From positions 663-64,662 of the forward strand of contig JBJOND010000003.1 of assembly GCA_046052065.1 (NCBI GenBank): a DNA stretch of 64,000 nt. The letters run 5' to 3'. The translations under genes were made by a program, and so were the position numbers. The stretch's first letter is position 1, and every line of letters starts with the position of its first letter. This document shows positions 7,257 to 16,818 of the stretch, piece by piece. Source of the stretch: Bacteroidota bacterium. GTDB lineage: Bacteria; Bacteroidota; Bacteroidia; AKYH767-A; OLB10. The notes below the pieces were generated by a model. It was not told the DNA's origin, ran no database searches, and worked only from the letters and a program-made list of their open reading frames with translations.

Positions 7257-7955
7257 TTAATTTTCTTCTGTAACTTCTTTTATTCTTCGGATACGAACTT
7301 TTAAACTCATTAACCAAGTTCCTAATAAACACCAACCAATTACTGCAGGATAAAATACCATGCGCATATTCGAATCTAAATCGTATTTGTTGAAGCCTGG
7401 ATTGCCTCCCTTACCAGGATGAAGCGAGTTATACATTTTGGGAATAACCATGATGAATACAAACATCATCACAAACGCAAAAATCGCATAGACACTGGCA
7501 ATTTTTGCCTTTTTATTTTCATCAGGAATTGCATTACGCAAAATAAAATAAGCAGCATACATTAAAATAGTAGCAGCTGTACCATTTAATTGCGGATCAT
7601 TTGTCCAAGGTGCGCCCCATGTATAATTGGCCCAAACCATTCCTGTTATTAAACCAGCTGCTGCAAATACCATTGCCATTTTACCTGATTCTTCAGCAAC
7701 GATGTCGTGATAGCGATTTAAACTGCTCAAATATTTTATGGAATAAATTGCATTGATCAACATCAATAGCATCATCGCCATCCACATCGTAACATGAAAA
7801 TATAAGTTTCGTATTGTTTCATGCAATACAACCATGGCAGGTACTTCGCCTATAAATCCGTAATAGCAGGTGTACACTAAACACACGATTGCGATGATTT
7901 TCCACCACCAAGCACGAGCAATTTTGTTTTTGTAAAACGAGTCCATTTTATTCAC
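7257..7955 (-). CDS. ccmC: Haem exporter protein CcmC
   Basis: Polytopic protein with the W-rich motif WANYTWGAPWTNDPQ. It overlaps ccmB by 8 nt. Confidence 0.85.
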   Translation of the reverse strand: MNKMDSFYKNKIARAWWWKIIAIVCLVYTCYYGFIGEVPAMVVLHETIRNLYFHVTMWMAMMLLMLINAIYSIKYLSSLNRYHDIVAEESGKMAMVFAAAGLITGMVWANYTWGAPWTNDPQLNGTAATILMYAAYFILRNAIPDENKKAKIASVYAIFAFVMMFVFIMVIPKMYNSLHPGKGGNPGFNKYDLDSNMRMVFYPAVIGWCLLGTWLMSLKVRIRRIKEVTEEN

Positions 7956-8610
7956 GCCAAAGATAAGGAAACAGTAAGTAGGATAGGAGTACAGTAATCA
8001 AATTTAAACTGATAAGTACGATAAATAATTGCTGATTAACCAACCAATCGAAACCGTTAATGGCATTCATTGAACATTGTATGATAATGCTTAAAAGTGG
8101 GAATAGCAATGGAAATCCTAAAATAGCGAGCAAAGCAGCGTTATTATTGGCTTTAGAAACAATTCCTGCAACCATGGTTAATACAGTTGATAATCCGATG
8201 GAGCCTAATAAAATACTTAATAGGTACTGAGCAGTTTGATCAATACTGATGGGGAATATAAGCTGAAAAATAAAAAAGTTTACCAGTGATAGTCCACTAA
8301 TTAAGAGTAAATTATAGATAATCTTTGCAAGAATCAATTGCTTTGGCGAAAGCATGCTATAGTAATACAACTGTAATCCTTTTGAATCTTGTAAAAAGCT
8401 TTTAGCTATAGCATTTGTCGATGCAAATAACATAATTAGCCAAAATAAAGAATTCCAAGTTGTTAAATCGATGGTTTGTTGAAATGCGAGGTAGGTAACA
8501 AAAATACTGGCTAGTGAATAAATTAACAGGGCTGTAATGGATTGTTTATTTTTCCATTCTAACCTCGCTTCTAAAAGCACAAGTTGAGCAACTTTTCGAC
8601 TAAACGACAT
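7948..8610 (-). CDS. ccmB: Haem exporter membrane protein CcmB
   Basis: 220-aa six-helix-type hydrophobic protein immediately upstream of ccmC. Confidence 0.75.
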   Translation of the reverse strand: MSFSRKVAQLVLLEARLEWKNKQSITALLIYSLASIFVTYLAFQQTIDLTTWNSLFWLIMLFASTNAIAKSFLQDSKGLQLYYYSMLSPKQLILAKIIYNLLLISGLSLVNFFIFQLIFPISIDQTAQYLLSILLGSIGLSTVLTMVAGIVSKANNNAALLAILGFPLLFPLLSIIIQCSMNAINGFDWLVNQQLFIVLISLNLITVLLSYLLFPYLWRE

Positions 8611-8729
8611 TTCAATGCAAAGGTGCTATTTAATTTAATAATATTGCAAAAAAATAGACTCGAAAAAGCGAATCTTTTATTCGAATTTGTTTGTTTTTTA
8701 TGTCAATGTAATTTGTTTAATTTTCAATT

Positions 8730-9455
8730 ATGATAAAGCTCGATATATTAGCCTTTGGTGCGCATCCCGACGATGTAGAGTTAGGCGCAGGAGGAACAAT
8801 TGCCTTGGAGGTTGCTAATGGTAAAAAAGTGGGAATTATCGACTTAACCCGTGGTGAACTTGGTTCGAGAGGTAGTGCTGATATTCGTGATAAGGAAGCA
8901 ATTGAAAGTGCTCGTATTCTTGGAGTTGAAATGCGTCTGAACTTAGGGCTTCGTGATGGATTTTTTCTGGATAATGAAGTAAATCAGTTAGAGGTAATTA
9001 AGTGGATCCGTTATTTTAAACCGGAAGTCGTTTTGTGTAACGTGGTTAGCGATCGTCATACAGATCATGGAAAAGGCAGTAAGCTGGTATCGACAGCTTG
9101 TTTTTTATCAGGATTAAGAAAAATCGAAACACACTACGAAGGAATTTTGCAACAAGAATGGCGACCTAATGCGGTATATCATTACATACAAGACCATTAT
9201 CATAAGCCTGACTTTGTTGTGGATGTAGAAAAATATCTTGATCAGAAGTTATCTGCAATTGGAGCATTTAAAAGTCAGTTTTATTCACTGGATCAAGATC
9301 AAAATGAACCACAGACGTTAATTTCTACTAAAGAGTTTATGGATTTTGTAATGGCGCGCGGATTAGATTTCGGACGACCTATAAATTCTCGTTTTGGGGA
9401 AGGTTTTCTAATTGAAAGATCGATAGGTGTTAATTCTTTATTTGATATAAAGTAA
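8730..9455 (+). CDS. bshB1: PIG-L/LmbE family deacetylase, probably bacillithiol biosynthesis BshB1
   Basis: ILAFGAHPDDVELGAGGTI metal-binding motif, HTDHGK, and a length of 241 aa. Confidence 0.7.
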   Translation: MIKLDILAFGAHPDDVELGAGGTIALEVANGKKVGIIDLTRGELGSRGSADIRDKEAIESARILGVEMRLNLGLRDGFFLDNEVNQLEVIKWIRYFKPEVVLCNVVSDRHTDHGKGSKLVSTACFLSGLRKIETHYEGILQQEWRPNAVYHYIQDHYHKPDFVVDVEKYLDQKLSAIGAFKSQFYSLDQDQNEPQTLISTKEFMDFVMARGLDFGRPINSRFGEGFLIERSIGVNSLFDIK

Positions 9456-9481
9456 CAGCGTTTTTTTAAGTTAATACAAAT

Positions 9482-9515
9482 AAAAAACCCTGTAGTGAAA
9501 ACTACAGGGTTTTTT
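9482..9515. terminator. Bidirectional Rho-independent terminator
   Basis: aaaaaaccctgtag-tgaaaa-ctacagggtttttt lies between convergent genes. Confidence 0.8.
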
Positions 9516-9534
9516 AATATTAGTGATATACTAA

Positions 9535-11454
9535 TTACTTAACCATTAAAGTGCGAGTTAATTTCTCAGCACCAACTGTTACAGAGTAAGTATATAATCC
9601 TGCATTGAAACCAGCAAGGTCTAATGTGATTACGTTAGTACCAGCGTTTAAGTTGTTTAACGTTTCAGTCTTAACTAATTTACCTAATACGTTATATAGT
9701 TCAACTGTTACATCAGAATTAGCATTTAAATTCAATTCGAAACGAGTTGTACCGTTAACTGGGTTAGGGTAGTTTTGGCTCATTGTGAATGAATTTGCAG
9801 TAGCGATTTCAGAAACACCAACTGGGTTAGTCCAAGATACGAAAATGATATCGTTAGTTGAAGTGTTTTGAGGACCATAAACTGAAGTATTGTTTACGAA
9901 ATACTCAGGGCATGGGTCACGTTGATAAACGATGCTAACAGCGTTACCGTTGTTCTTAGCGATTGATGGCCAAACACCTTCTTGGTATTCTCCGTCACCA
10001 CCTTGAGCAGCTGAAGGAACTAAATCTTCTGCAACAGACCAAGTAGCTCCCATATCTGAAGAGTACGTTAAGAAGATGTGACGTAATGCTGCATTGTAGT
10101 TAATAGTATCTGTAACTTCAGAAACTGCTGAGTATACTAAAAATACGTTATTGTTACCATCAAATCCAATTTGTGGGTGAATTGTTAAACCACCATTGCC
10201 ATAACGGCCAAAAGGAAGGTCTGTTCCGTTACCAACAGGTAATGTGAACTGTCCGTCACCATCTTGATCAACTAAACCAGCAACTTCAGCAGGTGCAGAC
10301 ATACCTTCATTCCAGTACATAATACCAGATGTAGTTAAGAATACTCCTAAAGAAGTACCAGCAGTTGTATCATCATCTAAACAACGCATTAAGCTCCATG
10401 TAGCGTGAACCATTCCATTATTGTCTAATGTTACGTTCATATCACCAGCATTTGATAAGATTGTATCACCAACTCCATCTCCATCAACGTCAGAGATAAG
10501 TGGAGCATAGTCAGCAGCAGTGTTGTAAGCAGCGATTGGAGCAGCTTCGATGATAGTTTTTGTCCAAGTTGTTCCGTTGTCTGTAGATTTCCACATAACA
10601 ACATCGCACATAAGATCACAAGCAGCGATAACTACCGTGTTTCCACTGCAATCGATGCTATAGTTTTCTGCACTGAAACCAGCATAGAAAGATGAATCAC
10701 AACCAGGTAATACAACGTGTTGAATATCCCAAGTAGCACCACCGTCTTGTGAACGAGAATAAGTTAAAGGACCATTTTGACCTAAAACTGGAGTTGTTCC
10801 TGAACCTTGTGAGTTTACGATAGCGTGTACTGTGTTGCCATTAGCTCCACCAGCTGCCATTCTGAACCATACGTCTGCTCCTGGAGTTGTTCCACCAGCT
10901 GGAGTGTAAGTCGTCCAAGCACCAGCACCTTTAGTTCTGGTTAATAAAACACCAGCACCAGATCCATTGTGAGCTAAAGAGAATTCATTACCACCAGATA
11001 CAGCTATATTAGCAAATCCAGTACGAACACCTTCAATACGCGCAGTAGGAATTGCTCCCCAAGCTGTACCATCATAATAGTTGTAACCAGTACCACGATC
11101 AGGGTATCCTGACTGGTTAGCTGAGAATGTCCAAGCTGCAGAAATAGTTCCGTCACCGTTGTTAACTAAACGACGAGCTGGTCCACGGTTAGATTGTAAA
11201 TCATACAATGTGTTTCCAATTACAAACTCAGTTTGAGCTGAACTTGTTCTGTACGATTGAGAAACGCTTGCTGACGGTGCAGCAGGTACGCGCACTGGTG
11301 TGTAATTGTCAACGCCAGTTGTTTGCTTTTGAGCTTTAGCCACTTTGTTGTAACGGCTCGCATTCTTTAAGGTAACTTTGTTACCTGCGCGATTTTGAGC
11401 AGAAACAGAAAGTGCTACTGTTAATGCGATTCCGCAAAGTAGTAGTTTTTTCAT
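9535..11454 (-). CDS. Secreted BNR/Asp-box repeat protein with a T9SS type A C-terminal sorting domain
   Basis: Signal peptide. Asp-boxes SQDGGATW, STDNGTTW and SSDMGATW. The C-terminus NYPNPVNGTT..YTYSVTVGAEKLTRTLMVK matches the Por secretion tail pattern. Confidence 0.75.
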   Translation of the reverse strand: MKKLLLCGIALTVALSVSAQNRAGNKVTLKNASRYNKVAKAQKQTTGVDNYTPVRVPAAPSASVSQSYRTSSAQTEFVIGNTLYDLQSNRGPARRLVNNGDGTISAAWTFSANQSGYPDRGTGYNYYDGTAWGAIPTARIEGVRTGFANIAVSGGNEFSLAHNGSGAGVLLTRTKGAGAWTTYTPAGGTTPGADVWFRMAAGGANGNTVHAIVNSQGSGTTPVLGQNGPLTYSRSQDGGATWDIQHVVLPGCDSSFYAGFSAENYSIDCSGNTVVIAACDLMCDVVMWKSTDNGTTWTKTIIEAAPIAAYNTAADYAPLISDVDGDGVGDTILSNAGDMNVTLDNNGMVHATWSLMRCLDDDTTAGTSLGVFLTTSGIMYWNEGMSAPAEVAGLVDQDGDGQFTLPVGNGTDLPFGRYGNGGLTIHPQIGFDGNNNVFLVYSAVSEVTDTINYNAALRHIFLTYSSDMGATWSVAEDLVPSAAQGGDGEYQEGVWPSIAKNNGNAVSIVYQRDPCPEYFVNNTSVYGPQNTSTNDIIFVSWTNPVGVSEIATANSFTMSQNYPNPVNGTTRFELNLNANSDVTVELYNVLGKLVKTETLNNLNAGTNVITLDLAGFNAGLYTYSVTVGAEKLTRTLMVK

Positions 11455-11578
11455 GTTAAATGGTTTTAGTTATTGATTGTTAATTTAAATAATTTATTGT
11501 TATTCGGGTTGTAAAAACACTCGAACTACAAATCTAATAGTTTTTCGTTTATTTCCAAGTAATGATTTGTGTTTTTAC

Positions 11579-12874
11579 CTAGAGAAAGTTTTCAACAAAA
11601 AAATAAAGTAAAATCGTGATTATTGTGAATATAATCCACTTGCCAAAATTTGTATATTGTTGAAAATCAATTTTTAGCCTTTTAAGTTGATAGGCAAGGA
11701 TTAATTTTTCACTCAAAAATGCCACAAAAGTCCCATAAGCAATTCCAATAATTCCAAATTTCCACATTAAAATTACACTAGAAAAGATGTTAATAATGAC
11801 TTCCCAATAGGCTGTTTTTAAAATTAAATCACGTCGATTGATAGCCATTAATACAGATTGAGGAAAAATCATTCTACTGACAATTAATAAGAGGTAAATA
11901 TTGAAAATACTAGCACTTTGTTCAAATACATTACTAAAAAGTAATGGATACAAAAATTTACTGCAAACTAAAAAGACCCATGTTAGTGGGAATAGCACAT
12001 TCATTAGTCGTGAACTTTGATGCTTTAAATCCTCAAGACCTGTTTTCAAATTATCTTGTTTTGCAATCTGACTTACCATTGCAAGACTGAGTGAATTTGC
12101 TAGTAGCAACGATAGTGGAAATTCTTTTGCTCCGTATTTGAAAATGGCAAAGGATTCACTTCCGAAATAATTAAGAACTAAAAAGCTATCGATATAGTCT
12201 GCTGATCCACTTATTAATAATCCGAAAATAAGTGGACTACATGACTTTAAAAATGACCAGTCTGGTTTAACTGTTAATCGGATTTTTTCGGATTGTAAAT
12301 TGTAAATAAAAACTAGTGTTTTCCAAAGTGATATTCCAACCAGCGCATAGGTAAAGTTTTTAATTGTAGGATTCGTAAGTACTACGACTACCACTGCTAA
12401 CAACTGTACACAAAAATTACCAATAGCATATAATGTTAGTTTGTTGGTGTTTTCTTTTATCAGATAATAATGTTCGTTGAAAAAAGTTAAGGTGTTAAGT
12501 AATATGAAAGAGCCAATTAATAGGATTGTAGGGTAGCCCAAACTGTAAGAATCATCAACTATTATAAGATAGGTAATTGCTACTATTGAAGATATAATTC
12601 CAAGGAAAAACTGAGTGCTTATTGTCCTGGATAATAGTCCGTTTTTATCTGATTCTTTGTGATAGTTTGAAAGTAAGGTTTGATAGATACCCCCAACCCA
12701 AAAGAAGCTAACAATAGCGCCTAAAAACAAAATGAATTCATATTGTCCGATAATAGGTAATGGAACACCAAATTTTGCCAATATAATTCCCGATAGGAAT
12801 AGTCCTGCATACCTCGCAATCTGAAAGAACTGGAGATAATTAGCAATTGTCAACTTGTTGAATAGTTTTTGCAC
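11579..12874 (-). CDS. Polysaccharide biosynthesis / oligosaccharide flippase (MOP superfamily) membrane protein
   Basis: 431 aa with about 12 hydrophobic helices and a Wzx-like size and pattern. No sharper motif was recognised. Confidence 0.5.
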   Translation of the reverse strand: MQKLFNKLTIANYLQFFQIARYAGLFLSGIILAKFGVPLPIIGQYEFILFLGAIVSFFWVGGIYQTLLSNYHKESDKNGLLSRTISTQFFLGIISSIVAITYLIIVDDSYSLGYPTILLIGSFILLNTLTFFNEHYYLIKENTNKLTLYAIGNFCVQLLAVVVVVLTNPTIKNFTYALVGISLWKTLVFIYNLQSEKIRLTVKPDWSFLKSCSPLIFGLLISGSADYIDSFLVLNYFGSESFAIFKYGAKEFPLSLLLANSLSLAMVSQIAKQDNLKTGLEDLKHQSSRLMNVLFPLTWVFLVCSKFLYPLLFSNVFEQSASIFNIYLLLIVSRMIFPQSVLMAINRRDLILKTAYWEVIINIFSSVILMWKFGIIGIAYGTFVAFLSEKLILAYQLKRLKIDFQQYTNFGKWIIFTIITILLYFFVENFL

Positions 12875-14995
12875 TTATTTATTTTTAATTCTTAATGAAT
12901 TTCCAATCACAATAACATCTGAAAACCCCATCGATAATGAAGCTATCATTGGATGCAATAAACCTGTTGCCGCAAATGGTATTGCAATGATATTATAAAT
13001 AAATGCCCAGAATAAATTTTGTCTGATAATTTTATTCGTGAATTCAGCAAGTATTTTTATTTTTTTAATTCCTGCTAAAGGATTTTTAGTCATTAATACA
13101 ATTTCTCCGCTACTAATAGCGATTGAACTTCCATTACCTATGGCTAAACTTAAATTTGCTAAACTTAGTGCAGCCGCATCATTGATTCCATCACCAATCA
13201 TAGCCACTGGATGTAATTTAGATTGCTTTTCGATATAGTCCGCTTTTTCCTGTGGCAATTGCTGGGCGAAGTAAGTTTCAATTCCTAGTTCTTTTGCTAT
13301 TGACTCACATCGATTGTTTGTATCGCCACTTAACAAGGTGGTTTTTATATTTTGTGATTTCAACCATTCAATCACTTCTTTCGCTTCTAATCTTATTTCA
13401 TCTTTTAACTCGATATAGGCTAGCAATTCTTTGTTTTTAAATAAATAGACCTGAAATTTTGAATCTGTTTTTATAGGAGCAAATTTACCACTACCTACAT
13501 AATAATCGTTTCCTTCTTTGTCTTTAGCAAAAATTCCTTTGCCTTTTATTTCCTGAATATTCTGAAATCCAATGGAAGTAATTTTTTGTTCAGAATGCTG
13601 CAAATAGACTAGTATCGATTTTGAAATCGGATGACTGGAATATTGTTCTAATGAGTAAAGTATTGCTGGGGTTAATGCATCATTGTTAGTGTAGTTTATT
13701 TTTTCGATTTTGAATTTCCCAGTAGTAAGTGTTCCTGTTTTATCAAATACAATTTCTTTAATTTTCTGTATCTTATCGAATACATCGCCACCTTTAATCA
13801 GGATGCCTTTTTTTGCGGCATTTCCAATACTAACCGCTACAGCTGTAGGAATTGCTAACCCCATTGCGCAAGGACAAGAGATAACCAATACAGCAATAGC
13901 TCTTAACATCGAATTAGTAATTGAAATGTCAAATGCAAAATGATTAATTAAAAATGTGATAACTGAAATGCCAATCACCGTTGGAACGAATACCAAACTT
14001 ATTTTATCACTAAGCTTTTGAATGGCTGGTTTTTTAAAAGTTGATTTTTTAACAAGGTCAATCATACTCGACAAGGAAGTATCCTTCCCACATTTTTCAA
14101 CAATAAACTTTATCGAACCTTCTAATAAAATTGTACCTGCTAAAACTTTATCGTTAATTGATTTTGATTCAGGGATTGATTCTCCTGTTAAAGCAGATGC
14201 ATCAACTAGTCCATAACCCTCGTAAATTAATCCGTCTGCTGGAATTTTATCTCCAGTATTAACAAGTATTAAATCATTCGGATTCAATAATTCAATTTCG
14301 ACTTCTATTGATCCTTCATTACTGCTATATGCATTTGTTATTCTTCTGGCTTTTGAAGGTTGCATTTTAATCAAGGAAGCAATTGATGAATACGTACGCT
14401 TCAAACTTTTTTCTTCAATCAGATTTCCTATCAATACAAAGGTGATAATGGAGGCCGTTGTTTCAAAAAAATTATAAGTCATCCATTCGTCTAGCGATAC
14501 TGCCAAAAAGTATCCTGCTATACTATATAGATAGGAGGTAAGAGCTCCCATCATTATTAATACATCCATATTAGGACGTAATTGACGTAATGATCCTAAT
14601 GCACTTTTCCCGAAATGATTTAGTCCAATTATTAAAACCAAAGAAGATAAAATAATCTGAAATAAAAAGCTATGCATCCACGCCGAGCTAAGCACCATTG
14701 TTAGCCATAAGGGCAATGTAAAAGTCAGCGCAAATAAGGTCTTGATATAAAGTGGTGAATATTTATTTTCTGTCTGGATTTCTTCTTTAGTTCCTGAAGC
14801 ATTATAGCCGAGCTTATTTATTTCCGAAATAATAAACGCTGTTTGTTGTTCACCGATGGTCTCAAATTCAACCTCGCCGCTTTCGTAAAAAACATGCACT
14901 CCTTTAACACCTTTACTTGTTAAGTGTCTGTCGATGCCCTGCGCACAACTAGAACAGGTCATACCTTTAACAGATAAAGTTGTTTTGTTTGACAT
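12875..14995 (-). CDS. Copper-translocating P1B-type ATPase
   Basis: N-terminal HMA domain with GMTCSSCAQ, a transmembrane CPC motif (SCPCAMGLA), DKTGTLT and GDGINDA. Confidence 0.9.
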   Translation of the reverse strand: MSNKTTLSVKGMTCSSCAQGIDRHLTSKGVKGVHVFYESGEVEFETIGEQQTAFIISEINKLGYNASGTKEEIQTENKYSPLYIKTLFALTFTLPLWLTMVLSSAWMHSFLFQIILSSLVLIIGLNHFGKSALGSLRQLRPNMDVLIMMGALTSYLYSIAGYFLAVSLDEWMTYNFFETTASIITFVLIGNLIEEKSLKRTYSSIASLIKMQPSKARRITNAYSSNEGSIEVEIELLNPNDLILVNTGDKIPADGLIYEGYGLVDASALTGESIPESKSINDKVLAGTILLEGSIKFIVEKCGKDTSLSSMIDLVKKSTFKKPAIQKLSDKISLVFVPTVIGISVITFLINHFAFDISITNSMLRAIAVLVISCPCAMGLAIPTAVAVSIGNAAKKGILIKGGDVFDKIQKIKEIVFDKTGTLTTGKFKIEKINYTNNDALTPAILYSLEQYSSHPISKSILVYLQHSEQKITSIGFQNIQEIKGKGIFAKDKEGNDYYVGSGKFAPIKTDSKFQVYLFKNKELLAYIELKDEIRLEAKEVIEWLKSQNIKTTLLSGDTNNRCESIAKELGIETYFAQQLPQEKADYIEKQSKLHPVAMIGDGINDAAALSLANLSLAIGNGSSIAISSGEIVLMTKNPLAGIKKIKILAEFTNKIIRQNLFWAFIYNIIAIPFAATGLLHPMIASLSMGFSDVIVIGNSLRIKNK

Positions 14996-15062
14996 AAAGC
15001 AAATGTAGCACTTCAGTAGTTAAAACAATCGAAAATGAGTCATTAGAATTTATTTTAAGCTT

Positions 15063-15095
15063 TTTGGTTTAATTAAAAATAATATTCTAATTTTG
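15063..15095 (+). promoter_or_regulatory. Bacteroidota-type promoter of tRNA-His (-33 TTTG, 21-nt spacer, -7 TAATTTTG)
   Basis: TTTG at 15063-15066 and TAATTTTG at 15088-15095, the latter ending 12 nt before the tRNA. Confidence 0.55.
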
Positions 15096-15106
15096 CACCT
15101 CGATAC

Positions 15107-15181
15107 GGTGATTGTAGCTCAGTTGGTTAGAGCGCCTGATTGTGGTTCAGGAGGTCGAGGGTTCGAGACCCTTCATTCACC
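15107..15181 (+). tRNA. tRNA-His (GTG) with genomically encoded G-1; CCA is not encoded
   Basis: Manual cloverleaf. D stem gctc/gagc, anticodon stem cctga/tcagg, loop ttGTGgt, T arm gaggg-ttcgaga-ccctt. G-1 (15107) pairs with C73 (15181). There is one T5:T68 mismatch in the acceptor stem. Confidence 0.9.
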
Positions 15182-15187
15182 CTTAAA

Positions 15188-15212
15188 GGCCCTGATTTTC
15201 AGGGCCTTTTTT
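15188..15212 (+). terminator. Rho-independent terminator after tRNA-His
   Basis: ggccctg-atttt-cagggcc followed by T6. Confidence 0.8.
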
Positions 15213-15270
15213 ATTTTGAGGCTCTTCAAAATTCATTGATTTAAAGCTTTTTTAATGATTTGATAATCCC

Positions 15271-15278
15271 TAAATTTG
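15271..15278 (+). promoter_or_regulatory. -7 box TAAATTTG upstream of gap
   Basis: Exact TAnnTTTG match 21 nt before ATG 15299. No clear -33 element was found. Confidence 0.4.
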
Positions 15279-15298
15279 CACACCCAAAAAAATCTATT

Positions 15299-16768
15299 AT
15301 GTCAGCAACAAATACAAACTCTGATTTAATGCAAAGCTATGATCGTCAATTAGGCGAGTGGATTGAATCAGAAAAATCAGCAATTGAATTAATTCACATT
15401 ATTGGCGATTTATGGTTCAATAAATCAATTGAGTTGGTCATCTTCAGAAATCAATTAGTAGACAGAAGTGCAAGTCAGATTATGAACCTGCACCAGTATG
15501 CACACGATTTCGTAAAGAAACCAATACACGTAAATAACACGTTAGCCATTGCAAGCGCTATTCGTGAAATGAATATTGCACCGTCAAAAATTGACGTAGG
15601 TAAGTTGGCTTTTGAATGGGAAAATGAAAAAGAAGGGAACGATCTTCAGAAGTTTTTAGATAATAAATTGGCATCATTCATTGGAGCAGATAAAATGCAA
15701 TTGGTTCCTCGCGATGTGGTTTTGTATGGTTTTGGTCGTATCGGCCGTATCCTTGCTCGTGAGTTAGTAGCTCAGGCTGGTAAAGGAGAACAACTTCGTT
15801 TAAAAGCAATTGTAGTTCGTAGTCGTTCAGAAGATGATTTATCGAAACGTGCTGAGTTATTGAGAAATGACTCTGTTCATGGACCATTCCCAGGAACGGT
15901 AATCGAAGACAAAGAAAAAAATGCTTTAATCGTAAATGGTCACACCATTTATGTGATAGATGCAAAGAATCCTGAAGAAATCGATTACACAAAATATGGA
16001 ATTAATAACGCCTTGTTAATCGATAATACTGGTGCTTCTCGCGATCGCGCTGGTTTATCGAAGCATTTATCTGCTAAAGGAGTTGATAAAGTTTTATTAA
16101 CTGCGCCGGGTAAAGGTGATATTCCTAATGTGGTGTATGGTGTAAATCAAAAGAATCATGCAGCTGACGAAAAGATTTTCTCTGCTGCGTCTTGTACTAC
16201 TAACGCAATTGTTCCAGTTTTAGAAGTGATTGAAAAAACGTTAGGAATTGAGCGCGGACATATTGAAACAATTCACTCTTATACAAACGATCAAAATCTA
16301 TTAGATAATTATCATAGCAAATATCGCCGTGGACGTTCTGCAGCAATGAATATGGTAATTACAGAAACTGGTGCTGATAAAGCAGTTACTAAAGTAATTC
16401 CTCAGCTGGATGGTAAACTTACTGGTAATTCAGTGCGTGTACCAACCCCAGATGTTTCATTAGCAATCTTAAATCTTACCGTTAACAAAGAAGTTACTAA
16501 AGAAATGGTAAATGATATTTTGAAAGATGCTGCATTAAATGGTGCATTGGTAGAGCAGATTCAATTTATGCAAAGCAATGAGTTAGTTTCTAGCGATCTT
16601 ATCGGTAATCCTTGTGCATCTATTGTAGATAGTCCTGCAACAATTATTTCTAAAGATAAAAAAGCGATGGTGCTTTATATCTGGTATGATAACGAGTATG
16701 GTTATAGTCGCCAGGTATTACGTTTTGCAAAATACTTGGCAGATGTAATTCGTTTGACTTATTATTAA
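15299..16768 (+). CDS. gap: Glyceraldehyde-3-phosphate dehydrogenase, long form with an N-terminal extension of about 140 aa
   Basis: YGFGRIGR NAD-binding motif and SAASCTTNA catalytic Cys motif. The TTG at 15260 used by the track lies upstream of the -7 box, so ATG 15299 is preferred. Confidence 0.85.
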   Translation: MSATNTNSDLMQSYDRQLGEWIESEKSAIELIHIIGDLWFNKSIELVIFRNQLVDRSASQIMNLHQYAHDFVKKPIHVNNTLAIASAIREMNIAPSKIDVGKLAFEWENEKEGNDLQKFLDNKLASFIGADKMQLVPRDVVLYGFGRIGRILARELVAQAGKGEQLRLKAIVVRSRSEDDLSKRAELLRNDSVHGPFPGTVIEDKEKNALIVNGHTIYVIDAKNPEEIDYTKYGINNALLIDNTGASRDRAGLSKHLSAKGVDKVLLTAPGKGDIPNVVYGVNQKNHAADEKIFSAASCTTNAIVPVLEVIEKTLGIERGHIETIHSYTNDQNLLDNYHSKYRRGRSAAMNMVITETGADKAVTKVIPQLDGKLTGNSVRVPTPDVSLAILNLTVNKEVTKEMVNDILKDAALNGALVEQIQFMQSNELVSSDLIGNPCASIVDSPATIISKDKKAMVLYIWYDNEYGYSRQVLRFAKYLADVIRLTYY

Positions 16769-16790
16769 GATTCAAAAACAATAAACAGAA

Positions 16791-16818
16791 AAGGCTCATC
16801 ATTGATGAGCCTTTTTTT
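16791..16818. terminator. Rho-independent terminator between convergent gap and the sigma factor gene
   Basis: aaggctcatc-att-gatgagcctt (10-bp stem) followed by T7. A-rich sequence on the other side allows weaker function on the minus strand. Confidence 0.75.

Noticed and set aside
7255-7335. Extended start of the CcmD-like ORF, overlapping ccmC by 79 nt
   Set aside because: MKKTIILS at 7254 gives a typical signal-like N-terminus directly after the ccmC stop.
15260-15298. TTG-initiated 13-codon extension of gap
   Set aside because: The extension would begin upstream of the TAAATTTG -7 box at 15271-15278.
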